Origin: Felis catus
Taxonomy: Eukaryota
Direction: 5' to 3'
DNA: 64,000 nucleotides
Assembly: GCF_018350175.1 (NCBI RefSeq)
Contig: NC_058368.1
Span: forward strand, 166,410,001 to 166,474,000
Below, piece after piece: positions 63,522-64,000 of this stretch. The notes below the pieces were generated by a model. It worked only from the letters and a program-made list of their open reading frames with translations. It made no database searches and had not been told where the DNA came from. The position numbers and the translations under genes are program-made. The first letter of the stretch is position 1; the number at the start of each line of letters is the position of its first letter.

Positions 63522-64000
63522 GATAATATTCTCTATTTTTTTATTGCATTAACCTATTTAGTAACAAAGAAGAGGCCAATCCTAAAAACATTAAAAGCCT
63601 GAACTATATTAAGCCTAAGTCTAATGTAAAGAATCTAGTGATAAAACAGATCCACTTAAGGGCTTTTAAGTTTCTTGCTTTAGGCTAGACTAAGATTTAT
63701 TTCACAAGGAAATTAGAGGTCAGAAGGGGTGCTCAGTACTTACCATTGCTGGTAACTATGTACAGGTACAGTCTTCAAAAATGAACTGTATACATTACTC
63801 AATTATAAATATAAATGGTCCCATGGTGTAGGAAAACTTGGTTGACTGTCATACCATGGTAGTCATCTTAAAGCCTGTTTTTTAAAAGCACTGGATTTTA
63901 TGTGAAGAACAAAGGCTGAAGAGTTTCAAGCACAATAAGAACATTCCATTTAGTTTAAACATTCTTCTTGCATACAGGAGAGTCTGAGCAAGAAGGCTCC

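Noticed and set aside
1..64000. CRISPR arrays, operons or other prokaryotic systems
   Set aside because: The sequence is mammalian, and no regularly spaced repeat-spacer structure or gene-dense region is present.

Overview
AT-rich mammalian genomic DNA from a feliform carnivore, most likely a cat. The many tRNA-derived CAN-SINEs carry the feliform-type body ('...gctgtcagcacagagcc...'), and the younger L1s are carnivore-type. The window is intronic or intergenic and roughly two-thirds transposon-derived. It holds several L1s: one near-full-length decayed copy, two 5'-inverted twin-primed copies, two internally deleted copies that keep both ends and their TSDs, and old L1M fragments. It also holds about 20 CAN-SINEs, an ERV1-type solo LTR, an ancient two-LTR class III provirus with integrase and env-TM remnants, MaLR LTRs, a Tigger2-type MITE, MIR and L2. 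No intact protein-coding gene is visible, and almost all ORFs in the track are L1/SINE fragments or chance ORFs. One good minus-strand splice acceptor with a short open exon (17470-17522) suggests the window may lie inside a large gene that I cannot identify. The most notable observations are a perfect 23-bp hairpin in unique DNA (23282-23333), a 0.9-kb both-ends L1 derivative, the env-bearing ERV-L-like provirus, a tail-less L1 fragment captured in a MaLR LTR with a fold-back junction, and multi-tier nested insertions. I found no well-supported, wholly new biological system. Repeat family names come from recognition by eye, not from database searches.
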